A stretch of DNA of 61,668 bases, the filler included. It is 4 parts of 4 records of this genome, joined end to end, with 100 filler letters (N's around TTAATTAATTAA, not from the genome) between each part and the next. Parts side by side here need not be neighbours in the genome. Positions count along the whole stretch, not along the records: positions 1 to 17,216 come from SRR20825006_1631; 3 more parts are not named here. One strand, given 5' to 3'. Shown in pieces: positions 1 through 9,224 of the stretch (within the stretch, counting starts at the first letter, position 1; each line of letters starts with the position of its first letter). Under the pieces are notes generated by a model, which saw only the letters and a program-made list of their open reading frames with translations, was not told the origin of the DNA and searched no databases. The translations under genes were made by a program, and so were the position numbers.

Positions 1-29
1 GTACGGCTCATTGAATCAACAGCCCGCTA

Positions 30-557
30 TCAACCAACGGCGACAGCGTTGTCTTCCGGTGTTGCATCCATCCAGCTGTCGTCTTCTTCATCTTCCTCTT
101 CCGCTTCGCTCGGCATGCTGGCTCGCAGTTCCAACAACTCCTCGCGAATGGTGTTGAACTGCATCGCCAAGGTCGACCAATGATCATCGTTTCGGAAGGT
201 GATGCTTCGACCTTCTTTGCCGTCGATCAAGTTTTGCATTTCTCGACGCATGCTAAAAATCGGTCCGGCAAATCGGTTGCTGACTTTCAAAACGTCGTAG
301 ATCATCAATGGTCCCAAAACCAACAAGCCGGGGACCCAGTACATCGCTTCATCAGTCAACGAGAAGAACAGATCCGCGGTGTTCACACCGGGATGGATCA
401 TCGACTGAGTGAAAAATTGAATGACAACAAAATAGGTGACGCATGCGGTTCCGTAGAGAACGGCACGCAAGATCAACGCTACTTGGACGTCTTTGTCGAT
501 CAACAGTTGTTGACGCAACGGACGGGTGGGTCGCTTGGCTTTCACGGGGCAATCCAA
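30..557 (-). CDS. Planctomycete membrane protein with two TM segments and a HAMP-like C-terminal region
   Basis: 175-aa ORF; two hydrophobic segments followed by SNRFAGPIFSMRREM...FRNDDHWSTLAMQFN; lies directly downstream of the pilin gene; start codon uncertain. Confidence 0.6.
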   Translation of the reverse strand: MDCPVKAKRPTRPLRQQLLIDKDVQVALILRAVLYGTACVTYFVVIQFFTQSMIHPGVNTADLFFSLTDEAMYWVPGLLVLGPLMIYDVLKVSNRFAGPIFSMRREMQNLIDGKEGRSITFRNDDHWSTLAMQFNTIREELLELRASMPSEAEEEDEEDDSWMDATPEDNAVAVG

Positions 558-558
558 T

Positions 559-741
559 TCAGTTAGCGATGGCGTCGGACGAGTTCTGCAAACTGTTACT
601 CGTCTCGGTGACCAAAATGCTGATACCCACCGAAGCGGTCACGATAATCAGTGACAGCATCACGGCGTATTCAACAGCGGTCGGGCCATCTTCTTCGAGC
701 AAAAATCGCTGGATCGATCGCAAGAAGGGTCTTTGGGACAT
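559..741 (-). CDS. flp: Flp family type IVb pilin
   Basis: 60 aa with prepilin motif EEDG-PTAVEYAVML followed by a hydrophobic helix. Confidence 0.9.
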   Translation of the reverse strand: MSQRPFLRSIQRFLLEEDGPTAVEYAVMLSLIIVTASVGISILVTETSNSLQNSSDAIAN

Positions 742-1108
742 GGAAATGACTTCATACGGTTACAAATCATGGCGGCAGGATCACGCTCCTACTCTGTCGA
801 AAACCTAGCCCGGCATTGTCATGTGAGCCGGGCATATCGAATGGGTTTGCCCCCGAAGTGGAAATTCATGCCGATCGTTCGGTTTGTAACGCTTGCGCCG
901 TATTCTCTAGAGCGAAGAGCGAAAACTGAGCCCCTCAGGCGAGGAATCCATGGGTTTGGACAGTTCGCCAATCGAAAGCTGCCGCGAGAATCACCTCCCT
1001 AACCAAATTACGGCTGCGACGTGGACAAACGACGTTTCTTGGCGAAGTATCCTGTGAAGCTTCAGTTTGATCCCAGTTTGGTACCTCGCCGCCCTAGGTC
1101 TTTGAAAG

Positions 1109-3754
1109 ATGCGATTTCGATCGATCCCGCTTTCACGTGTTTTGGCTCCCGCGTTCAGTTTTCGATTCTCCACCGCGATGGTTTGTTTGGCCGTCGCATT
1201 GGCAGGATTGCTGACCGCGGTCGCACCGAGCACCGCGTCCGCACAACCGTTGCCCAACCCAAAACACAGCGACCCGACGGACAAGTTCCATCCATTGGAA
1301 CCATGGTTGCCGACGCCGAACGTTTATCGAACCGCTTCGGGTGCTCCCGGTTCTCAGTACTGGCAACAACGGGCCGACTACAAAATTAACGTCTCACTGA
1401 ACGATGAGAATCAATCGCTCAGCGGCACCTGCGAGATCACCTATCACAACCAATCGCCTGACACGCTGGACTACCTTTGGGTCCAACTCGATCAAAACCG
1501 ATTCAACAACGATTCGGTTGCCATCACCAGCAAGTCGGCTCCCGGGATCGGCTCGCAAGCCACTTTCAAGTTCGTCGAAACCATGTTGGCTCAACAAGCC
1601 TTCGATGGCGGCTACAAAATCAGTTCCGTGACCGACGGAAAAGGTGGCGAGATCGATCACCTGATCGTCGACACGATGATGCGAGTGGATTTGGCCAAGC
1701 CATTGCCGCCGGGCAAGTCGACCCAACTGAAAATCGAATACAGCTACAACATTGTTGATGCGACAGTCATTCGAGCTCGCGGTGGCTACGAGTTCTTCGA
1801 AAAGGACAAGAACTACATCTACGAAATCGCGCAGTGGTTCCCACGGATGGCCGCCTACACCGACTACACCGGATGGCAACATCATCAGTTCTTGGGTTCA
1901 GGCGAATTCACATTGGAACTGGGTGACTACGACGTCCGGATTGATGTTCCAGCGGACATGGTGGTTGCTTCCACGGGAACGCTTAAAAACACAGACGACG
2001 TTCTCAAACCGGAATGGAAGACGCGTTTGGCAAAGATGAAGAAGGGCGAAGACCTCGAATTCATCGTCACCCCAGAAGAAGCCAAAGAGAACGAAAAATC
2101 TGAATCCAAAGAACGTGCGACTTGGAATTTCACCGCCAATAATGTTCGCGATTTCGCGTTCGCTGCCAGTCGCAAATTCATCTGGGATGCGATGCCCGTC
2201 AAAGTCGGCGACCAGACCGTCCTGGCCATGTCATACTATCCCAACGAAGCCGAACCGTTGTGGAGCCAATACAGCAGCGAATCAATCGCCCACACATTGG
2301 AAGTCTACGGCCGCTATTCGTTTGAATACCCGTACGAAGTGGCCATCAGCGTCAACGGGCCCGTCTACGGGATGGAATACCCCATGATTTGCTTTAACGG
2401 CCCGCGTCCCGAAGACGATGGTACGTACAGCAAAGCGACCAAGTACGGTTTGATCAGCGTCATCATTCACGAAGTCGGCCACAACTTCTTCCCGATGATC
2501 GTCAACAGTGACGAACGTCAGTGGACGTGGATGGACGAAGGCCTCAACACGTTCCTTCAGTACCTGACCGAACAAGAGTGGGAAGACAACTACCCATCGC
2601 GTCGCGGCCCACCGGAAAAGATCGTCCCTTACATGCGGGGCAGCAACCAACGTCCGATCATGACCAGCAGCGATGAAATCCTGCAGTTCGGCTCCAACGC
2701 ATACGGAAAACCCGCGACGGCTCTGAACATCCTTCGTGAAACCGTCTTGGGACGAGAACGATTCGATTATGCGTTCTCGCAATATGCGAATCGGTGGAAA
2801 TTTAAACGGCCAACGCCAAGTGATTTCTTCCGCACCATGGAAGACGCTTCCGGCACCGACTTGGATTGGTTCTGGCGAGGTTGGTTCTACAGCACCGATC
2901 ACGTTGACGTTGCGATCGAAGGCATCGAACTGTATTTGATCGACAGCGGCGATCCAGACGAAGCCGCCGAGCGAAAACGCAAACAGAAAGATGCTCGCGA
3001 AGATTCAATCTCTGATGAACGCAACCGCGAGTTGCCACTTCGCCGCCGCATCGAATGGCGTCCCGGCCTGAAGGACTTCTACAACGCGCCGGACTACGAC
3101 GAAGACAAGGTCGAGGAAAACGATCGCAAGAACTATCAAAAGTTCTTGGACAAACTCGATGACGAACAACGTGCCATGCTTCGCCGGACCACTCGGTTCT
3201 ACGTGGTGCACCTGTCCAACAAGGGCGGATTAGTGATGCCGGTGCCAATGCGAATCCATTACGCAGACAGCACCTCCGAAGACGTTCAGCTACCAGCCGA
3301 AATCTGGCGTGTGAACAGCAAAGAAGTTAAGCGGTTGTTCCTGAGCGAAAAAGAAATTGTTCGTTTGGAAATCGATCCAAAGCGAGAAATCGCGGACACC
3401 GACGGCGGAAACAACCATTGGCCTCCAAAGTTGGAACCTAGCCGTTTCAAGCTTTATCAATCCGGAAAATCCAGCAACCCGATGCGAAAAGCAGCCGAAA
3501 AAGAAAAGGCCGCCGAAAAGAAGAAAGCAGAGGAAGAAAAGAAGAAAGCCGCTTCCGCGGACAAACCCTCTGACGAAGCTTCCAAGAAATCAGACGAAGG
3601 CAAGAAGGCAAAGGGTGAAGGCGAAAAAGCCGAACCAGCAAAATCCAAGAAGAAGGATGAAGCTGGCAAAGCTGCCGAGGCTGAGCCCAAGGCAGCCAAA
3701 GACACGAAAGAAAACGAAGCCGAAGCAGATTCGCCGGAGGCCACCGACGAATGA
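1109..3754 (+). CDS. M1 family zinc aminopeptidase, secreted, with Lys/Glu/Ala-rich C-terminal tail
   Basis: Signal-like N-terminus; GMEYP exopeptidase motif; HEVGH...WMDEG zinc motif. Confidence 0.9.
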   Translation: MRFRSIPLSRVLAPAFSFRFSTAMVCLAVALAGLLTAVAPSTASAQPLPNPKHSDPTDKFHPLEPWLPTPNVYRTASGAPGSQYWQQRADYKINVSLNDENQSLSGTCEITYHNQSPDTLDYLWVQLDQNRFNNDSVAITSKSAPGIGSQATFKFVETMLAQQAFDGGYKISSVTDGKGGEIDHLIVDTMMRVDLAKPLPPGKSTQLKIEYSYNIVDATVIRARGGYEFFEKDKNYIYEIAQWFPRMAAYTDYTGWQHHQFLGSGEFTLELGDYDVRIDVPADMVVASTGTLKNTDDVLKPEWKTRLAKMKKGEDLEFIVTPEEAKENEKSESKERATWNFTANNVRDFAFAASRKFIWDAMPVKVGDQTVLAMSYYPNEAEPLWSQYSSESIAHTLEVYGRYSFEYPYEVAISVNGPVYGMEYPMICFNGPRPEDDGTYSKATKYGLISVIIHEVGHNFFPMIVNSDERQWTWMDEGLNTFLQYLTEQEWEDNYPSRRGPPEKIVPYMRGSNQRPIMTSSDEILQFGSNAYGKPATALNILRETVLGRERFDYAFSQYANRWKFKRPTPSDFFRTMEDASGTDLDWFWRGWFYSTDHVDVAIEGIELYLIDSGDPDEAAERKRKQKDAREDSISDERNRELPLRRRIEWRPGLKDFYNAPDYDEDKVEENDRKNYQKFLDKLDDEQRAMLRRTTRFYVVHLSNKGGLVMPVPMRIHYADSTSEDVQLPAEIWRVNSKEVKRLFLSEKEIVRLEIDPKREIADTDGGNNHWPPKLEPSRFKLYQSGKSSNPMRKAAEKEKAAEKKKAEEEKKKAASADKPSDEASKKSDEGKKAKGEGEKAEPAKSKKKDEAGKAAEAEPKAAKDTKENEAEADSPEATDE

Positions 3755-4344
3755 TTGCGTTTGTCACGTCTTGTTGGCTGGTACTCAGTGGGATGCTAAT
3801 GCATCCCACTCAGGAAACCTTGTGCGAGCTGCAGTGGAATCCTGAGACCGAGCGAATCGAAATTGCGTTTCGACTATCGCTCGCCGATGAAGAACGCTTG
3901 ATAAAGGAAGCAAATTCGACGCTTTCAAAATCAGGCGAACACAGTCCTGAGACGGCAGCCGGCGAGAAATCGCGCGTTGACCTGAAACCTCAACAGTTGG
4001 CATTTGGCAGACACATGACGTTTGCCAATGACGACGCGTGTCTTCCTGCTCCGAAGCTTGAAAACGCCGCGAAATATCGCTGGGTGGGACGCCGAGAAGA
4101 AGGCATCCACGTCTGGTGGTTCGCGGAATACGAGGTTTCAAAACCGAAGGATGGCAAAGTCATACCGCCCAGTCACGTGCGATGCGATTTGTTCGTCGAC
4201 ACCGCTCGAAACACGGTGCATCCTGGTGGGCATGGACCTCACGACGCGTTTCAGAACACGTTTGTGATCTTGGGCCATCCAGTTCCAGTTTCCGCGGTCA
4301 TCACACCGCGGGAACCGGTCGCTGAATTGAAGTGGCCTGACTGA
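3751..4344 (+). CDS. DUF6702-like protein, translationally coupled to the M1 peptidase
   Basis: ATGA overlap with the peptidase stop; N-terminal HPTQETLCELQWNPETERIEI resembles the family usually found beside these peptidases. Confidence 0.55.
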   Translation: MIAFVTSCWLVLSGMLMHPTQETLCELQWNPETERIEIAFRLSLADEERLIKEANSTLSKSGEHSPETAAGEKSRVDLKPQQLAFGRHMTFANDDACLPAPKLENAAKYRWVGRREEGIHVWWFAEYEVSKPKDGKVIPPSHVRCDLFVDTARNTVHPGGHGPHDAFQNTFVILGHPVPVSAVITPREPVAELKWPD

Positions 4345-4347
4345 TGA

Positions 4348-4377
4348 GTCGGGCGTGGGCGAAACAGCCCGCCCGAC
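4348..4377. terminator. GC-rich hairpin between convergent genes
   Basis: GTCGGGCG...CGCCCGAC stem followed by AAAA. Confidence 0.5.
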
Positions 4378-4397
4378 AAAAGAATCACACGGCGGCC

Positions 4398-5246
4398 TCA
4401 GGCGGCCATGCGAGCACTTTGAGTCGATACGCTCGACGTTTTGCGAACGCTGGCGACTTCTTGTGCCAGCACTTCTTCGGCGAGCGATTGATAGTCGATT
4501 GCCCCATTGCTTTCGCTGGAATAATCGAAGATTGATTGTCCAAAACTGGGAGCTTCTGCCAAGCGAATATTGCGACGAATTCGAGTGTCAAAGAACTTGG
4601 CACCGGAGAAGAATTCGCGACCATCTTTGGATGCGGCGAAGAATTCATCGATGTCGGTGCTGACTTCCGCGGCCAAACGCGTGTTGGCGTCGTACATGCA
4701 CAAAACGACTCCGCTGAGTCGCAACTTGTTGTTCATCCGGCGAGAAACGACTTCGATCGTACGAAGCAATTTGGACAAACCGTGCAACGCCAAAAAGTGT
4801 GGCTGCAGCGGCAAGAACACTTCTTCAACCGCGACCAATGCATTCAGCGTGAGCACACCCAGGCTTGGTGGGCAATCCAAAACCAAGTAGTCAAATTCTT
4901 CTTCATCGTCGGCGAGCTTGTCGCTGAGAATCATCTCGCGACCGACTTCACCGGCCAGTTCCATTTCTGCGGCGGCCAAATCCAAATTGGATGGCACAAC
5001 GAAGAGGTTTTCACCGACTTGTTGGCGGGCTTCCGACAGCGAAACATCGCTGCACAGAACCTCGTACATCGAAGGCACGCTTCCGTCGATGGCGGTGATC
5101 CCAAGGTGCAATGACGCGTGGGCTTGGGGATCCAAATCCATCACACAGACGCGACGACCGGATCGAGCGAGAGCGGCGGCCAAATTGACGCTGCTGGTCG
5201 TTTTGCCCACACCACCTTTTTGGTTGATGACAGCGATTGATCGCAT
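4398..5246 (-). CDS. ParA/Soj family ATPase
   Basis: Deviant Walker [31 protein letters not shown]. Confidence 0.92.
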   Translation of the reverse strand: MRSIAVINQKGGVGKTTSSVNLAAALARSGRRVCVMDLDPQAHASLHLGITAIDGSVPSMYEVLCSDVSLSEARQQVGENLFVVPSNLDLAAAEMELAGEVGREMILSDKLADDEEEFDYLVLDCPPSLGVLTLNALVAVEEVFLPLQPHFLALHGLSKLLRTIEVVSRRMNNKLRLSGVVLCMYDANTRLAAEVSTDIDEFFAASKDGREFFSGAKFFDTRIRRNIRLAEAPSFGQSIFDYSSESNGAIDYQSLAEEVLAQEVASVRKTSSVSTQSARMAA

Positions 5247-5320
5247 GATGGCAATGCTCCTGAGTTACAAATGGTTAGTGTCGTGCGTGTGGATGGATCC
5301 GATCCAAATCTGACAACCAA

Positions 5321-5596
5321 TCAAGCCGTGCGAAGATCACTACGCAGTTCTTGGTATGCCAGTAGGACTTCATACAAATCTGAGTCGATTCGCACCACAT
5401 CATCTGCGAAATCCATCAGCCAAGTTCGGTTGCTTTGGGCGGCGTCGATCAGCAATCGAGCCACTTGCGAAAGCGGAAGAGAAACGGTTTTGGACGTTCC
5501 TAAACCAGCCATTCGGTCCAGTTCCATTTCGCGGCGAGCTTGTTTCAGGTCGGTGGAATCCGTTTTCGATTGGTGACGAGCGGTAAGGGATGTCAC
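5321..5596 (-). CDS. Small hypothetical protein
   Basis: 91-aa ORF co-oriented upstream of the ParA gene; NRTWLMDFADDVVRIDSDLYEVLLAY. Confidence 0.6.
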   Translation of the reverse strand: MTSLTARHQSKTDSTDLKQARREMELDRMAGLGTSKTVSLPLSQVARLLIDAAQSNRTWLMDFADDVVRIDSDLYEVLLAYQELRSDLRTA

Positions 5597-5948
5597 AGAG
5601 AGTCATTCCATTGACGAGAGTTTCGGTTGGCATGGCCGCGAAGATTGGCAACCCGATGGTCAGGATGTAACAAGCCGAGCGGGTTCGACGCCAGGGCGTC
5701 GCGTGAAAGAACTATCGACTGTGCCGATTAGGTAACTTGAGAAAAATTTGCGGGCAAATCGATGAGCTTGAACCCGATCTCAAAAACTCTTGGAAATACC
5801 TTCGATTTCAGTCACGAAATTGCTCTGCCGACCGCTCGAACAGTCCAACTAGATCGCTTCGCCAATTCATTTTCCTAGTTGAATGAAGCAGTCGTTAGCG
5901 ATCATGATGGTGGCTCCCCCCTGAATCCCCCATCGATGGACTTCTGCG

Positions 5949-6833
5949 ATGCCCGCCCAGCCCCCGCCGCCTTCAAAAACGCAGCCATCCGAAACGTCAC
6001 CGCAGAAAACACTGAGCGGCGCGGACGGATCCAGTCCCATCGCTGGTAGCCAACCGAACCAGCCCCTTCGTCAATCAATCATGGGTTGGTGTTTCAAACC
6101 AATGCCCGTGATGACATTGGCCGCCGAAGCCAAAAAGATCGGCTACGTCGCATTGGAAGGCGTTGGAGCCGAACACTACCCGGCAATCAAAGAAATGGGA
6201 CTGGAAATCTCCCTGGTCGGCAGTCACGGTTTTCAAAAAGGCCCACTCGATCGAGCTAACCACAAAGCCGTCGAAGAGTCGCTTCGTAAAGGAATCGATC
6301 TGGCGGTGAAATTCGTTGCGCCGTCGGTCATCACGTTCACTGGCATGCGAACGGCCGGAATCACCGAAGAAGCCGCGTTCCAAAATTGCGTGGAATGCTG
6401 GAAGCGGGTGACTCCCTACGCTGAGCAACACAACGTCCAAATCGTGCTGGAACATCTCAACAGCGTGGACGATTCCCATCCGATGAAAGGACACCCCGGA
6501 TACTGGGGCGATGACATCCACCGGTGCGTCGATTTGATCCGAGCGGTCGATTCACCGGCGATGAAATTGCTTTTCGACATTTACCACGTCCAAATCATGC
6601 ACGGAGACGTGATACGTCATCTACGCCGCTATCACGAATTTGTGGGGCATTATCACACCGCCGGCAATCCGGGCCGCGGAGAGCTGGATTTTAACCAAGA
6701 AATCAACTATCCACCTATCATCAGGGCGATTCGCGAGACCGGTTATACTGGCTACCTCGCCCAAGAATTCATTCCCACGCACCCGGACCCGATCGCCTCT
6801 CTCAGCCAAGCCTTCACGTTGTGTAATACCTGA
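5949..6833 (+). CDS. Hydroxypyruvate isomerase / xylose-isomerase-like TIM barrel protein
   Basis: LEHLNS..HPGY; KLLFDIYHVQIMHGD; HYHTAGNPGRGE; EINYP. Confidence 0.88.
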   Translation: MPAQPPPPSKTQPSETSPQKTLSGADGSSPIAGSQPNQPLRQSIMGWCFKPMPVMTLAAEAKKIGYVALEGVGAEHYPAIKEMGLEISLVGSHGFQKGPLDRANHKAVEESLRKGIDLAVKFVAPSVITFTGMRTAGITEEAAFQNCVECWKRVTPYAEQHNVQIVLEHLNSVDDSHPMKGHPGYWGDDIHRCVDLIRAVDSPAMKLLFDIYHVQIMHGDVIRHLRRYHEFVGHYHTAGNPGRGELDFNQEINYPPIIRAIRETGYTGYLAQEFIPTHPDPIASLSQAFTLCNT

Positions 6834-6890
6834 TTCTTGGACTCCCGCCGCCGAACGTTCCCAATCGATCTTCGGTACGCATTTTCGAAC

Positions 6891-9185
6891 ATGTCCGAAA
6901 ACACTCCCCCCAACGACCGACCGATCGATGCTTCGATCGACGACGCGATTCCGGAATCGGACCGCGACGCGGCGGAGGGTGACGCATTGACCCGACCGGG
7001 TTTGCCAACTGCGGAATCGGACGATTCAGACGATCACGGGGACAATCGAGCAAGCGATTCAATCTTTGACCAAGTCCGTCATTGCCATCCGAATCCGGTC
7101 GCAGCAAACGACCTTCTCGACGACCTACATTTCGCAACCCTAGGATTGCGGACGTTTGAAAGCCGGTTGCACATCATCCGCACCGCAACCAAACGCAGTG
7201 CCGGTGCTCTCGCATCGGTTCAGGTCAGCAAACCGTCGACAATCAATGAATGCCACTTAGCACGAGTCATCACATCGGCCTACCGAGTGATGGACCCGCG
7301 TTATCGAATCGACCGACATCAACAAGTTCAACTCGGCCGCATCCTTCCATTCGAAATGGAAAGCGTGTCGCACACATCGTTTTCACAAGAAACGATCTTT
7401 GCGGCGAACGACCAGGCATCGCCGATCCAAGACAATGTGCTGATTCCTGGTCAGCCTCCCAATTCGGGCAACCGATTGGCTGACGTGGCGATTGATGCCA
7501 GCGATGCGCAAACGATCGCGATGACCGCGGATGAAACATCGCACTGGGTTCAGCCCTCCATCGAACGTTCGTTGCTAGAAGATTTGCCGCCGCGCAATGA
7601 AAACGAACTGGTTCTCGAAGAGATGCGTTCTCATCGCGGCGCATGGAAACGATGGATGACGGAAGTTCGGACCCTGGTGGGGCTTTCGATCCTTTGCCTG
7701 TCCGCGACGTTCTACTTGGCGTATTGGTTGGGAGCTCGAAAAGCCAATCAGTCCACCCTGGCCACGCAACCAGCAGAGCCAATCGGTTCCATTCCTGTCG
7801 AACTTCCCACGACGCAGTTGGACGTGCCAACCACTGAAGAACTGAACGACGTCGATACGCCGGACGAGATTCTCGATGCCACCGTACCACCCGAGCAAAT
7901 GATTGCGGTGGCTCCTGGCGTTGAAACGACAGAAAATCACCCCGAACCAAACGTTGAAACAGAGCTTGCCGAGACCACTCGCGATGACGCGGTTGAACCG
8001 ATGACTCCCAGCGGCCCTGAGGTCGCTGAACTTGCATCCGAAATGACTGATGACATGGACGATGCAGCGGAATCGGTTGCGGAGACTCCGGCTTTTACCG
8101 AGATGGCGATGGCGGAAACGCTCGAAGCGACCAACAAGGCCGACATTCCGGAAGACATAGCCGGTGCTCCCGTGACACCCACGCCCGAACCCGAGAAGGC
8201 GCGGTTCACAGAGATTGAGATCAGCGAAGCAACCCAGGAATTGTGGGACGAAACAGAACGGGCGACTCGGCGGTTTCGACTGACCGAGGCGGCTGGCTTG
8301 ATTGATCAGTGGGAATTGATTGCGGAACTCGCGGGCAACGGTTCTCTGGAGCACCTCGCGGCCATGCACTTGAGTTTGCGTGCCAGTTGGTTGGTCGAGC
8401 CCTTTGAAACAACGCACCGCCGTGCCCAAGATCTGGTCGCCCACACCGCCATCGCAACGACACCCTCGTCAGAAATCGTCTCCGAAGCGTCTCAGGAGCC
8501 CTGGTCCGATCCGGTCGTGCGTCAGCTCGTTGAAAGTTGGCGGGATTGTCGACAAACGATATCGACCACCGACCACCTCAATCATTTGCTGCTTCAGGCC
8601 AACGCATTGCTGGATCAATTGATCCTGAACAACAAGAATCAGTGGTGCGCCTCGTTTGGATTTGACGTCGAGAAGTTGGTCCCATTCGCAACGGACGAGC
8701 AATCGCAAAACGAGTTGAATGATCTGCTGGCTTCTATCAAAACGATGCCCACCGAAATGGAACTGGATCGCATGAGACAATCCGAAACGTCGGCTGGCGT
8801 TTTGGGTCGAACCCTTTGTTTGCAACTACGACGCTGGGACGACGGAGTTCCATTGATGTGCAAAGCCTCGGATTCTCGATTGGCATCGTTGGCGAAAGCC
8901 GAGATGCTGTGGCGAGAAGATTCAGATAACTTGTCCGACGGCGAGGCCGCAGAAGCACGAGGCAAACTCGGTGTACGTTGGTCGAAAATCGCGAGCCGCT
9001 ATGATGGTCGCGACGCCGCTTCCATTCGTTTGCACGCCTTGGAACTGCTAGACGGCTTGGAATCGTTTGCAAACGATCGATCAGAAATCAGCGAGTTGCT
9101 TCCAAATTATGTGACGGCCAGCCTGTCGGAAGCCGCTGCCGCTCAAAGCTTGTCTGCGCCGGTTCGTTTATCTCGATTGCGATAG
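6891..9185 (+). CDS. Large membrane-anchored hypothetical protein (degenerate J-domain-like N-terminus, single TM, acidic linker)
   Basis: Long ORF; HFATLGLRTFES...SAYRVMDPRYR; TM LVGLSILCLSATFYLAYWLG; start chosen at ATG 6891. Confidence 0.6.
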   Translation: MSENTPPNDRPIDASIDDAIPESDRDAAEGDALTRPGLPTAESDDSDDHGDNRASDSIFDQVRHCHPNPVAANDLLDDLHFATLGLRTFESRLHIIRTATKRSAGALASVQVSKPSTINECHLARVITSAYRVMDPRYRIDRHQQVQLGRILPFEMESVSHTSFSQETIFAANDQASPIQDNVLIPGQPPNSGNRLADVAIDASDAQTIAMTADETSHWVQPSIERSLLEDLPPRNENELVLEEMRSHRGAWKRWMTEVRTLVGLSILCLSATFYLAYWLGARKANQSTLATQPAEPIGSIPVELPTTQLDVPTTEELNDVDTPDEILDATVPPEQMIAVAPGVETTENHPEPNVETELAETTRDDAVEPMTPSGPEVAELASEMTDDMDDAAESVAETPAFTEMAMAETLEATNKADIPEDIAGAPVTPTPEPEKARFTEIEISEATQELWDETERATRRFRLTEAAGLIDQWELIAELAGNGSLEHLAAMHLSLRASWLVEPFETTHRRAQDLVAHTAIATTPSSEIVSEASQEPWSDPVVRQLVESWRDCRQTISTTDHLNHLLLQANALLDQLILNNKNQWCASFGFDVEKLVPFATDEQSQNELNDLLASIKTMPTEMELDRMRQSETSAGVLGRTLCLQLRRWDDGVPLMCKASDSRLASLAKAEMLWREDSDNLSDGEAAEARGKLGVRWSKIASRYDGRDAASIRLHALELLDGLESFANDRSEISELLPNYVTASLSEAAAAQSLSAPVRLSRLR

Positions 9186-9224
9186 CCGACTCAGCCGCCC
9201 TGAAATCCTTCGACGGAGACCGCC

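Noticed and set aside
808-853. Minus-strand GGGCAAACCCATTCG upstream of flp, resembling the start of a c-di-GMP-I riboswitch
   Set aside because: The GAAA tetraloop, the complementary P2 strand and the GACGCAAAGC junction are missing; only a short unrelated hairpin follows.
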